A stretch of 64,000 nucleotides of DNA from contig JAUZTB010000063.1 in NCBI GenBank assembly GCA_034780895.1, positions 15,283,956 to 15,347,955 of the forward strand, written 5' to 3'. Shown here one piece after another: positions 12,008 to 24,645 of the stretch. The position numbers and the translations under genes were made by a program. This DNA is from Rhynchobatus australiae (taxonomy: Eukaryota). Each line of letters opens with the position of its first letter. Position 1 is the stretch's first letter. The notes under the pieces are model-generated. The model was not told the DNA's origin, ran no database searches, and saw nothing but the letters and a program-made list of their open reading frames with translations.

Positions 12008-12985
12008 AAAAGACTTGCATTTCTACAGTACCTTTGAGATCCTTTCACTGTGTTCTAGACATTTCACAACCAAGGAAATGCAGTCACTATTGTAATGTAA
12101 GAAATTTCAGTACTGTTCCCAAAAACAGTAATATGATTCTGAATAGACAATCTGTTTCAGAACTGCAGAATATGGGATAAATGTTGGGTGGCATTGGGTT
12201 GGACCTGGCCTGCACTTCAGTGTCTCCATGCTCTCCCCCCAGCCATCCCCACATTAGTCCTGTTGCCATACTAACTTTTTGCATTTATGCAGCTCCCAAT
12301 AATCTCAAGGCGTCATCTCCATGCTGTGTTGCAAAACAGAGGGGGCCTCGAGAGGCAAGTACACTTTAGGCAGTGCAAATTGAGGCTCCTTCTATGGACC
12401 ACCCTGACCGTTTCACTCTTCCCATGTATCTCTGATGATAAGGGCTATTTAAAAACAGTGGGATTTCTCTTTTAATTCAAGAAATAGATTTATTAAAAAC
12501 ACACTTAAAAAAAACTATTGATTAGTTAAAAACAAATAATTCCAGTAAATTAAAGAAAAATAAAGAACAGCTAAACATGTTGGCTTAATAATGGTTGGAG
12601 ACTTCTATGTTGTCAGTACTTACACTCTACAGTGAACTGCTGCAGAAATTCAGAACTTGCTGATGTTTGCACTAGAGCTGGCTATTAGTTTCTCGAGACC
12701 TGCCAGCTATTCATCAGTATGATCTAGCCCATTGTCCGGAACACTAGGAATAACTCTCCTTCTTGTCTTTGAAATAGCACCAGAGAATATTATACATTCA
12801 CATGAGAAATCAAGTTGGGCCTCAGTTTAACATCTCATCTGAAAGTCAACATCTCAGACGGTGTAACACTCCCTCAGTACTGTACTTGAATGTCAGTATA
12901 AGTTCTGATCCTCAAATTTCTGGAGTGGCTCCTGAAACCATAACCTACCGATTCAGAGTTTGCAAACTAAACTATAATTGACAAT
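12008..12985 (-). mobile_element. DeuSINE/SacSINE1-like element split by an insertion of about 535 bp
   Basis: aagacttgcatttctacagtacc...gggataaatgttgg (12008-12187) resumes as gaacactaggaataactctcc...ctcagtttaacatctcatctgaaag...ctccctcagtactgtac...ggagtgg (12731-12985), collinear with the copy at 24225-24645. Confidence 0.7.
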
Positions 12986-13416
12986 GAAAAAGGCATGAGA
13001 GGTACAGCTAGATGTAATTAATGTGCATGTGGATTTTGCCATTGGTTAGGTGCATCATCTAGTTGAGGATAAGTAAAGGAGATTTATAAATATTTAGGAA
13101 TTTCACAGTCCACTACATCAGTGACCCTTCTCTGGCCATTAACCACCTTTAACTAACTGGTCGCAACATTGGTCCTATATCTGGGAAAGGGTTGATTTTA
13201 TGGATGCCTACAATCTATATGATCTCTAGAGGGCAATTCCTACCCACTGGATGCAAGTATCCTAAGGAGATCTCATCCAAAAATTTGGAGCCAGATTCTA
13301 GTCTCCACTCTGGAAACTGGGAAAACCAACATTCAGCAAAACAATTACTCCTGATGAGTTCTTATGACTAGTTATAATCTACTGCTAATAAGCAAATATG
13401 GTCTTCTGTCCTTTAG

Positions 13417-13620
13417 GAAGATGCTAGAGCCGATGCAATTGACAGTGTCGTCAGGGACATTCAAAACACTCAGTGCCTGCTGAACGTTGAATTTGGGGGA
13501 CCCACTTGCTCATATGTTACACTGCAGTTTTCCGATACGAAGGATGATGTAGGTCTCGGACTAGTCAAGGAGGGGCTGGTGATGGTGGATGTGCGTAAAG
13601 AGAAACACTTGCAGAAAGTG
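13417..13620 (+). CDS. SND1: SND1 coding exon (about exon 22)
   Basis: ctgtcctttag|GAA...GTG|gtaagt, 204 nt, phase 0/0. Translates [68 protein letters not shown], near-identical to vertebrate SND1. Confidence 0.98.
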
Positions 13621-13974
13621 GTAAGTGATCCCATAATGATTTGAGTAATGATTGATGTGCTGTTTCACTACAGGTTGTTTTTTTTCTGATGGAAAACCCT
13701 ACCAAAATGTTTTATCACAATGAACATGCCAAGAATACAAGAAATTAAAATCTTAGTTTGGAATTAAAAGAGAAGAATGAATCCATTGAATACAGGTTAT
13801 CCAGTTGTGCGTTCTAACCTTAGAGAATAACTTTACCAACAACTTTCTATGTTACAGCAATAACCATACTTCAAAATTATTTCATTGGCTGCAAAGTTCT
13901 TTGGGATGTACAGAGGTCAAGTAAGGTGTTTATAATTCATGCCTTTTTTAAGCAGGTGACACATATTGATAGAT

Positions 13975-14172
13975 TAAAAATAGAAAATACTGGAAAGCAT
14001 TTAGCAGGTCAGGCACAAAAGTGGAGACAGAAACAAAGTAACCATTTCAGCTCCGTGACTTTCATCAGTATTTTCACTGACCTGGATCATTAGTTCTTTT
14101 CCTGCAGGCACCATCTGATCTGCTGATGCCTTTGCAACATTTCCCATATTTGTTTCAGATTTTAAGCATCTT
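13975..14172. mobile_element. Palindromic Penelope-derived repeat
   Basis: aaaatactggaaagcatttagcaggtcaggcac ... catctgatctgctgatgcctttgcaacatttccc...tttcagat. Confidence 0.6.
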
Positions 14173-14654
14173 TGCCTTGTTTGTATTGGAGCTTCTTCCT
14201 GATTCAGCCATGATTCCTAATGCCAGATGCAGTGAGAGGAGACTTTTTTCTTTTAAATATTGCAACAGTGGAGGAACAGAGTGAAATTTGATGGGAATAT
14301 ACCAATTCGATTGAATATAAAAGTAAAATTTTATATGTGAGTGTCAGCAGATACCTGGAAGAGAATGTTCTGTAATGTCTATCCTCAGCTCCCTCATGGC
14401 TTGGTCCTTCAGACTTGTTGGATGCCAACTTGCTTGAAACATGAGTATCTTTAGTAATTGCAAATTGTTTCTGTCGGATCTTTGGAATTTTACTTAAACT
14501 CAAATACACTGCTTGAAAAGATGCTGGAAGCAGATTCAATAGTGACTAAGTAAGAGAACTGGACAAGTACTTGAAAGGGAGAACATAGGACATATCCCTC
14601 TGTTCCCTACAGATTCGTGTGTCTACCTAATACCTCTTAAATGCCACTGTCATA

Positions 14655-15135
14655 TCCGGAAGGATGTGGAGGCTTTGGAAAGGGTGCAGAAGAGGTTTAC
14701 CAGGAGGATATGAGTATGAGAGGTTGGACAAACTTGGATTTTCCCTGGAGCGTTGGAGGCTGAGGAGGACCTGATAGAAGTTTATAAAATTATGAGAGAC
14801 ATAGAATAGACAATCGGTATCTTTTTCCCAGGGTTGAAATGTCAAGTACTGAAACATGCATTTAAGGTGAGAGGGGTAAAGCTTAAAGAAGATGTGTGGG
14901 GCAGTTCTTTTACGCAGAATGGTAGGTGCCTGGAACAGGCTGCCAGGGGTAGTGGTGAAAGCAGATACGATATTGGTATTTAAGAGGCTGTTAGATAGGC
15001 ACATGGATATGCAGAGAATGGAGAGATATGGATCATGTACAGGCAGAAGAGAATTAGTTTCATTTGGCATCATGCTTGGTGCAGACATTGTGGGCTGAAG
15101 GGTCTGTTCCTGTGCTGTACTGTTCTGTGTTCCAT
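14655..15135 (+). mobile_element. CR1 LINE 3' fragment
   Basis: RKDVEALERVQKRFTR and RMVGAWNRLPGVVVKADTILVFKRLLDRHM, then the tail gtgggctgaagggtctgttcctgtgctgtactgttct. Confidence 0.9.
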
Positions 15136-15749
15136 ATTCTAAAATTATGCTCGAAATATTGACAGAACATTTTTTGTCAAGTTAGATAATCTTTCCTGCC
15201 TGATATTTTACCCAATAGGATTCTATCAGAGGTATCCTGGCAGTGTTATCTAGCCCAAAGCCAGTGCTTTGAGAGTTATCAGGCACTGTCTCCCAGGAAC
15301 AGTTTCAGTGGCTGCTTTCAACAGCGATGAAGAGTTGCCAAGATTCTTGCATTCTGATTCTGGCCNNNNNNNNNNNNNNNNNNNNNNNNNNNNNNNNNNN
15401 NNNNNNNNNNNNNNNNNNNNNNNNNNNNNNNNNNNNNNNNNNNNNNNNNNNNNNNNNNNNNNNNNNNNNNNNNNNNNNNNNNNNNNNNNNNNNNNNNNNN
15501 NNNNNNNNNNNNNNNNNNCTTGTTTTATGAATTGTTGAGTGAAGAAAGAGGAAAGCCAAGCAGACCAGAGTTATAAATCATTAGTTGTGCAGAATTACAG
15601 TTGAATCTATAATACAGCAACAGGCCAACTTAGACCAACTGGTCTCTGCTTCGGTCCCTCTCTCATACAAATATTCTCAGATTCTAATTGCTTTTTCCCA
15701 ACCTGCCTGCATTATTCCTCACATGTGAAAGCCTATCTTTATTACATAG

Positions 15750-16125
15750 AATTGCATTGAATGTAAAGCACAGAAATACACCATTCAGTACAGTTGATCC
15801 TTGTTGGTGTTTATGCTGCAAACAAGCCTCCTTTTGCCCCCTTTATCTCATCTGTTCATTATACTCCCTCATGTACATATAGCTTTCATTTAAATGTATG
15901 AATGGTGTTCACCTCAAGCACACCTTGGCATACCAGCTTCCAAATATCGACCACTCTCCTCTGTTCCATATTGGGTTTATAAGTAACTGTATTCTATTTT
16001 TTGGCCCTTAGCTTTGGTCACCATCCCACATCTTCTCTGTTTGTCTCCTCAGCCTTCTCTATCCAAGCAAAAGAAATAATCTTTCCAGAACTGTACATTC
16101 TCCCAGTTTTGTATAATGCTGCACT
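15750..16125 (-). mobile_element. Old CR1 3' remnant
   Basis: Weak similarity to reverse-complement CR1 tails (agcacagaaatacacca...ttccaaatatcgaccactct). Confidence 0.45.
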
Positions 16126-18399
16126 TTAGTGGAGTTCTCTCTAATTTGGTATAATTTGTCAATTATGTGATGCTAAGAAAGCAAAATACCAAAAAAGCAC
16201 TGTGTTACAATAAGTGCCTACAAACCTTCACCACCCATTTGGTCTGTTTTACAGTATGGCTACATCACAGACATGCCTCAGTCTTTTTTTTTCACCTTGT
16301 CATGTGGACTAGGTAGAGATGAAGAATGAAAGTCATTTTCTTTCCTTAGCCTTATCATATTGCATTTTCCCTAACTGAGAGCTACCAAGAGTCTTTGTGT
16401 CAATTTTTATACTGTATAAAGTCCAGAGATAATCCAACTGGATTGGCTGACAGACAGCCTTGAATGTGGCACTCTGCATAGAGATTACAATGCGATTGTT
16501 GGGGATCTTTTCGCAAGATCGCCTAAAGTGAGCAAGATTTAAAATAATCAGTGGTACTTGTGATTTGCAAAGTACATTATTTATTTGCAAACCCTGGCAG
16601 ATTCTCATAAAGCGAATTGATTGCAGAAAGACCTGGCTGACATTACTATGTTGTAATCTCTACTGCTTCGATAACATAAAATTGTGAAAGAACTCTTATT
16701 ATGGGGTGAAATATAGCAGTAATCGAGAGTGTTTTTACTGCAGGAGATGATTGATACTAGTGTAAAGTAATAATAGGGGAGAAGAATAGGGAGGTAAGAA
16801 AGAGGAAAGCCAAGCAGACCAGAGTTATAAATCTGTAAATAGCAGCCACAGCTTCCTGAGATCTCATAACAAGCGGAGGTTTGTTAAGGTTGATTATGAG
16901 GTTCAGCATCAATAAATAAATCCAATAAAAAAACTGAAAATGTAAACGATGTTCATAAAGTGGGTCAAATACACTGCACCAAAAATGTATTAGCAGTTAA
17001 GCATGTATTTTCTGGCCTCCATGAGAAGGGGATGAATCGTGCTGAGCTTTCTGAATTTGTGCAGAATGCAGAGCCACCTAATTAGTGTTGCACAGCTCAT
17101 GATCCAAAGGATTGGCGTACATCTCATTCCAAAGTTAGCTAATTATTGCTTGTTGCAATTAAATATTCAATGAGCAGAGTACTAGTGCAATAACAATAAT
17201 GGGGAAAATGTATTTCTGCTTATAATTGTAATTGATAACTTTGCAAATACCATCTNNNNNNNNNNNNNNNNNNNNNNNNNNNNNNNNNNNNNNNNNNNNN
17301 NNNNNNNNNNNNNNNNNNNNNNNNNNNNNNNNNNNNNNNNNNNNNNNNNNNNNNNAGCTTTCAGACATGAAGCAGGCTGTGTGGAACCCAAAGAGGCGGG
17401 GAGCAGAACTGAGTTGGGCTCAAGTGGAGCGTTACCGCTTCAATTCGTTTGACAAAACATACAATTTACGTCACTTTAGTATCTTCATTGTGGTTAACTG
17501 TTTGTCCACCCATATAAGTAGGCACATGCCCCTCTGAATATTTTCCCCTTCTCTCCAAAAGATACAGAATTTTGCACAGTATGATCCTATAAATGCCAAC
17601 TGCACATCAATACCTTACTCAATTGGCTATATTTTATGCATGAACTTGGGCTATAGATACTGGTTAGCTTTTCAGCTCTGAAAATGAACATATTCAAGTT
17701 CCACTGTAACCTTGGCCAATATATTTCAGCATTGAGATAGTGGTCAGCATCAGGAACACTTTACTGCTTTGAAGTCTATGGTAATATGAGGTATTTTGGC
17801 TGTGATGTGCTGCCGTCGTTCACCCAACCTTTGGAGTAGCAGACATTCAAAATGTGCTGAATTATTTTCTCTCTGTAAAGCATAGGCCTAATTATTAGTG
17901 CTTTGTGTCAGCCCAAAACTGAGAATTATAAGACAGAGAGACCACGTTGGCCAAGGCACTTCAATTGCAATCTCACTATCAAATCTTTCTCATCCATTTG
18001 AACAGTTGCATATGACTGCTTTAACTTCACAATCAAGAGATTACACTTCAGACAATGAGCAATCCCTTGACATTGCATTAACATGTTAATGCAGATTATG
18101 TGTTCAAACCCATAGTGGAACTTGAATTTAACCATTTGAGCCAAATTGACATTTTATCAGCTGATACTTCAGCCTTTACATGGTTACTGTTCAGAGGTCT
18201 TCCAAACTCGCTTTGGCTTGATTTTCATCTCTTGCCTTCAAAATTACAGTATAACCCTACTGAGCTTCCTTATGATCTATTCCTTTCCTACTTTACTTGC
18301 CACTATTTAGATATCTTTCTTCTAATCTATTCTGAGCCAGGCTGGTCACAACCTATTCGTCCCATTTGACCAGATGCTGAGCTACCAAACCAACATTTT

Positions 18400-19530
18400 A
18401 CCAACACAACTGAACTAAATAACATTGCATATTTCTACCCCTACTTCATCTCATTTGCTATTTAAGTTTTCATCTATGTTTTGCTACTTCTATCCAGGGC
18501 TATTTGAAGCTGCCCTGGCACCCTTCATAAACATGAGATCCAGAATTCAGCTGTCCATTTGCTAACTTGCACTAGATGCTGTTCACTCACCAAACCTGTG
18601 CATGCTGCCTGTAAATTCTAATCTTTGTGGATCTGTGTTTTCTATGGCTTTGCTTCTCCTTCCTTTTGTAACCTTCGGGTTACGTGAAACGTGGCCAGAG
18701 AAAAATACAGATGTCCTAACTTCCACCTAAAGTTTCACACTTATCCAACATGGGCCTTTTGTTAAGTCAAGTTTATTGTCATGTGCACAAATACAGGTAC
18801 AATGAAAAACTTGTTTGCAGCAGCATCACATGTATATAGGTACAGACAATGCACAGAGTATAAATTATACTATACAGTGGAAAAAAATAGACTGTGCAAA
18901 AGCAAGGCCTTAGTGCAAAAAAAATCAAGGACACAATCAAAGACAAATCTGTGGTAGTGCAAAAGGTGGTCCGTAGTGTTCTATTTCTGGGGTAGGTTTA
19001 GGGTTGTGCAGGTAGGTTCAAGAACCTGATGCTTGTAGGAAAATATCTGTTCCCAAGCCTGTTCCCAAGGTGGTGTGGGACTTCAGGCCTCTGTACCTCT
19101 TGCCTGATGGTAGCCGCGAGAAGAGGGATGCCCAGGATGGTGGGGATCCTTGATGCCACCTTCTCGAGGCAGTGCCTCCTGTAAATGTTGTCAGTGGTAG
19201 GGAGGGCTGTGCCTGTGATGGACTGACTGTGTCCACAACTCTCTACAGCCTCTTGTGTTTCTGCGCATTGGAATTCCCCTACCAGGCCATGATGCAACCT
19301 ATTTTCCTAACTCCTTTTGTTCCACCATTGACAGTCTTCAACTAGTCAGGCCCTAACATCAACAATTTGTGCCCTTTAACTCTCTTTATTTTCATTGCTC
19401 CTTAAAGTCCATCTCTTTGATCCATATAAATATCTCCTTTATCTTTGTTGTCAATTTTTATGTACTAATTATTCATTGAACTACTTTGGGATATTTTACT
19501 GCTTTAAAGTTTATGATAATACAAGGTATT
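18400..19530 (+). mobile_element. Decayed L2 LINE 3' portion, interrupted by a Rex1 fragment
   Basis: Decayed IQNSAA..LT.T...S.ITPV and FKILI..F..LHG.AP motifs (18400-18680), plus an L2-type end ctttgggatattttactgctttaaag...aatacaagg (19305-19530). Confidence 0.55.
18765..19300 (-). mobile_element. Rex1/Babar LINE 3' fragment
   Basis: Minus-strand translation pieces SQSITGTALPTTDNIYRRHCL, LFSRLPSGKRYRGLKSHTT and YFPTSIRFLN; tail catgacaataaacttgactt. Confidence 0.85.
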
Positions 19531-20599
19531 TTGGCTGTGAAGTGCTGCCTTTGTTCACTCAAGCTTTAGAGTAGCAGACTAATTCTAAGTGTGCTGGTTT
19601 ATGGGTAATATAATTTATTCTAAATATTTGATTATAGAGAAAGAACCTATGATTATTTAAGAAAAATTCTGTGCANNNNNNNNNNNNNNNNNNNNNNNNN
19701 NNNATGGTTATGCCTTTCAAATGCTTTGTGTGAATTTAAAAAATCCATGTGAATATTGTCAGCTCAATGGAACATTCATTCGCAAGTGTAAAGAATCTGA
19801 TGTCAAAGGACAGATCTAATCTACTTGAACCCTGTTACGAACTTGAAGAGGCTTGAAAACTCCAGGCTTTGTTACAACAATTAAGGATACTATTCGCAAT
19901 GGAAGACAAAGTCTTCTGTGGTTCCATTCCTCCTCTGTGCTGAATTAACTGGTTGTCAGAGGAGCAGTAAGTGCTCCCCAAATGCATGACTTTCTGGTTT
20001 AAGAAGAGGTGAATTAGTTGAGAATTCTGCCGCTTGCTACTATTCAATGCCCCTTAGAGGAAACTGCAAATATATCTATTTTCTCGTTCATCTCTCAAGC
20101 ATTTGCCCTGGCATCCTGCACTTCCCAGATACTCAGACCTAGGAAGGTAAACTATTTGGCTGTTTCACGCCAGCCATTAGAAGATGCATTTAATCTGTCT
20201 TAATTATATTGTATCTCTGTATTGCATACAAAAAGAAAACCCTTTCTCCTTGAATTTTACAGCTTTCTTGGTGCCATATTCTGATTAATTCTCAGCATGA
20301 TGAGATCACAGATTGGTTGATTTTTAATTAATTACAGTCATTAAAATTAATTAACCATAGGAATTAAATTAATATGTAAATCACAGAGAAAAGAAAGGCA
20401 AGTGGTGCTAAGGAATGCTAGTGTGGAATTGCGAATGATCAGGTGGATCCTATCAGAAGGATAATGATCCACTGAGAAGGGAATTGCTCAAATGTTACAT
20501 TGCGATTGTTCTCTACTTTAACATATTTCTGTGAAGTTGCACTAATGCAAAGTTAGATTAGTGTCTGATTAATGTTTGTGTAACATGTTTGGTTTGCTC

Positions 20600-21985
20600 T
20601 TTTAAAAAGGGAACTTAATAAATTCATTGAGAAAATATTAGAAGACATTCTTAGAAATGTTATAGCCCGGCTCTTAAAAAAATAATGTAAATGAGAATCA
20701 CCAGCATAACTTATGAAAGGCTAATCTTTTTGATCAATTTATTGGAAGTCTTGACGAAGTAGTCTGCTGTTGATAAAGTGGCAACCTGGTAGATGTACTT
20801 GGCTTTCCAGAAGGCATTTGATAAGGTGTCTTATCAAAGGTTATTAAAGAAGCTTTGATGGAGGAGATGATGTGTTGGTGTGGATAAAAAATTAGCTGGT
20901 GAACAGGAGACCAAGAGCAGGCAAAAGTGGAGCTTTTCTGGTTGACAAAAGCTGTTGTGTCTTCCAAAAGCTCATCCATTACATACGTCCACTTCTTTCA
21001 GCTGTCTTTTGGCTGATTGATTTGTTTTTTATAAATAACTTGCATGAAGGTGCCAAAGACCATAGAACAATACAGGCCCTTTGGCCCACCGTGTTGTGCC
21101 GCCCATCAAACCACACCTCACACCATCTAACCCTTTCCTCCCACATATCCCTCTATCCCNNNNNNNNNNNNNNNNNNNNNNNNNNNNNNNNNNNNNNNNN
21201 NNNNNNNNNNNNNNNNNNNNNNNNNNNNNNNNNNNNNNNNNNNNNNNNNNNNNNNNNNNATCCGGTGACCAGAACTGAACACAGTACTCTAGGTGTGGTC
21301 TAACCAGAGTTTTGTACAGCAGCAACACATAGGAGCAGAATTAGGCCCTTTGGCCCATTGAGTCTGCTCTGCCATTCAATCATGGCTGATTTATTTTTTC
21401 CTCTCAACCCCGTTCTCCGGCCTTCTCCCTGTAATCTTTGACACCCTTACTAATCAAAGTTGTGGTTGCTAGATTTACTGATGATGTAGAGATATATAGG
21501 AGGCTACAAGGTAGTATAGATAGGTTTAGTGAGTGAGCAAAAAATCTTTCAATTGGAATGTAATATGGAAAATTGTGAACTTGTCTATCTCGGCAGGAAA
21601 TATAAAAAGTAGATGTTCTTAATGGTGAGAGATTGCAAAGTTCTGAGTTACAGAAAGTTCTAGGTGCTTTAGTGCATGATTTGCAGAACCTGCGTATACA
21701 CATACCACAAGTAATTAGGGAAGCTAACAGAATGATATTGTTTTATTACTAAGGAATTGGATAGAAAAGTTGCATGATTATGCTCCAGGGTATTTGAGTA
21801 CTGTATAACATATCAGTCTCATTTAATAAACTATGCAAATACATTAGAAGCAGTTCAGAGAAGGTTTACAAGATTGATATCTGCAGTGGATGGGTTATCT
21901 GATGAGGAAAGCTAGTCTTGTGACCACTGGAGTTTACAAGAAATGAGTAATGTAAAAGTTGTTCTTGCCCAAGTCTCTCAGAATG
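20600..21985 (+). mobile_element. Old CR1 RT fragment containing younger minus-strand CR1 pieces (21060-21460)
   Basis: Decayed DV.Y..FQKAFDKV, FINNL.EG, LE.VQRRFTRLI on +; LYKTLVRPHLEYCVQFWSP on - at 21260-21325. Confidence 0.8.
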
Positions 21986-22724
21986 AATTTTAATGTAATT
22001 GTATGTTGTGGCTTCCAAAAGCTCACCCATTACTGATGTTAGACATGTATCCACTTCTTTCAGCTGCCTTTTGACTGATTTATTTGTTTTTGGAATGAAT
22101 ATAGAAACTTGTACTGAAAGTGGCATAGTTACTAGTCTCCAGAAATTTGGAAACCTTTGCTGAAAATCAAGGAAAGGAGGCAGTGGTTTAGAAAAGCAAT
22201 AAGTAGTAAATTTTAGTTAAAATTTCTCTGCACTGTTTCTTGAAAAGCTTCCAGGTCAACTATAGCCTGAGTTGCATACACAATAAGGCTCCCTCTATGC
22301 TATCTATTGAATACTTCCATATGAGCTGCAGCATGATTAAATTCCCAGTGAATTGTCTCAACCAATTCCTTCAAATCTCAACTTCAGAAGAATGCCAGTC
22401 CCAACAGCTACAGTATGGATCCTGTGAGTTAACTTGCTAATTTTGAGACAGAAGTGGTGTGGACCCATGCTCTGCACAATCTGGCCTTTATCCACCACCC
22501 AAAGTGATCCCTCAGGGCAGAGATAATTTTCATCATTCAGAAGCAAATCCCAGGACCTCTGGTAAAATGGCAGTTTCTAATCCACTCCATCTACTTGGAG
22601 GGTTCATCAGTTTTATTGTATAATTCAACTACAGAGAAGCTGAAAATGTAAAATTGATTTGTGATGGTGATCTGACCTGAGGACAGCTGCAGACAGTTTG
22701 TATGTAACCAGAAATGAAAGGTGG

Positions 22725-22870
22725 ACTTGCATCCATGGAACACCTACTCGTGCTTCTCAACATTCTCAAAATACTTCAACTGAAATGATTTACTTTGAAG
22801 AGCAGTGACTTTAGTCAGACATGGCAGCCAGTTTGCACAATGTAATATCCACAAACTATGATGAATCATT
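22725..22870 (-). mobile_element. DeuSINE-like tail remnant
   Basis: gacttgcat...tactttgaagagcagtgact...ggcagccagtttgcacaa...tccacaaac. Confidence 0.5.
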
Positions 22871-24224
22871 AGGAGCAGAAGTCCAATGGAATTATTCACA
22901 AAGTAATTAAGCAGGAAATAGTGCCTAAATGGATCAGCAATANNNNAGGTTTAATCTGATCAAAACTTGAATGAAAAAAAACTGTTACCTGTTTTTGTTC
23001 TAAATGAGCATTTTGATTCTTTAAGCATGAGCGATTCAAATTTCTCCCAGATGGATCTTTTATATGAGCACTGTATCAGTGGTTTACCCTCTGATAAGTA
23101 GGAGTAAAAGTAAGCCAGTACTGATTGGTACAGTACTCTAGTAAGAAAATGGCCAGAGCACTCGGTACAAATAGATAAAATCCGTAGAAAGTGTATATTC
23201 CACACTGGTAAGAAATTTAAATTACTTTCACCTTTACTGATGAGACTGTTTGACCTCAGGTTCACTGGTTCAGAAGGAAGTGTTACAGGCATTGCAAAGG
23301 AAATATGAGTATGTGATATTTACAGGCCTATTTAGAGGTTACATGTCAAATATAGCATCGATTTCTAAATTGCTGATAAAAAGCAGCAATATTTCACAGT
23401 CGTTCTTTTTAAAGATTTACAGGCTTATATTGGTAAGGTGTCATTCACATAATAAATAATTCTTAAAGCCAATTCAAGGAAGGGAGCAATGGTCAATGAG
23501 CAGGAAATAGGGGAAAAGCTGGGTGGATAGATTCCATCAAAGAGATCAACCAAATCATAACTAACAACAATAAGTCACACAGACGATGTTAATCCAACTC
23601 CATGGCCTGTTTTGAGTGAAATGCTTGCAAGAGATGTATCAAAACTAGGGGCACAAAAGCTGGTATGGAGGGGAAAGAAGAGTGGTGTAGAGAAAACAGA
23701 TACCATTCCGGACCATTATTTCTTTTTTTCTTGCATTTTGCTGATTTCCTTTGCTCCATTAATGACTATGGCTTTGGCTGCCCTGACCATAAACTCAGGA
23801 AAATACCTCCCAAACTTCCCTTCTATCCCTCTCTCTGAGCATGCCACCTTCTATGTCTCCTTCAGACCATAATGCAAAGTTTGACAGCCCACTGGGTGCC
23901 TGGGCTGCTGCTAACCTCCTGCAACAAACCAGGACATTACAAAAACATTCTGGATCTTATTGATTAGTCAATTCAAAAATTTCTCACAGCTGCCTAAACA
24001 CCAAAAGTTAATTTTTTGTCAGTAGTGAGGTTACAGAACTGTTGTTGTAGTTAGAATTCTGAACATTAGCTCGCTGGTGGTGGATTTGATCAGCGACAAG
24101 GTTCTTTTTGCAAGACCTTGGTTGTATTGCTGGGGTGGGAGCTACAGATTACAGACCTGTGCAACAACTGCTTGGACCACAAAAGGATCCTGAGCATTGA
24201 CTCACACCACACAGGGCAACTTAT

Positions 24225-24645
24225 CTAAAGAAAGGTTTGTTCATCTCCAGCACCTTTCCCTGTGTCCCGAATAACCCAAAGCCAGTGAGGAACTTTCTAA
24301 AGTGGTCATTATTGTAACATGGGAAACATGGCACAGCAAGCTCCCACAAACAGCAGCAGAATGAGGCTAGGTTATCCGTTTTAGTGATGCTGATTTGACA
24401 TATAAATATTGGCTCCAGGACCAAAGGAGAACTACCTTGCTCTTTTCCAACTGTGGGATACGTTCACCTGAGGAGAACCATGGTTTCAGGTTTCATGTTT
24501 CATCCCAGAAACAGCACCTTCAATAGTGCAGCACCCCTCAACATTGGCAGTGTCAGCCTGGACTTTTAGTATCTTTGGAGTCAAACTTGACCTTTCTGAG
24601 ATAAAGGCGAGAGAGGGCTATCTACAGAGTTTTCACTGACACCAC
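24225..24645 (-). mobile_element. DeuSINE/SacSINE1-like element, near complete
   Basis: cacagcaagctcccacaaacagca...taaatattggctccaggacc...cacctgag...agtgcagcacccctca...gtgtcagcctgga...tRNA-like head at the right end. Confidence 0.75.
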
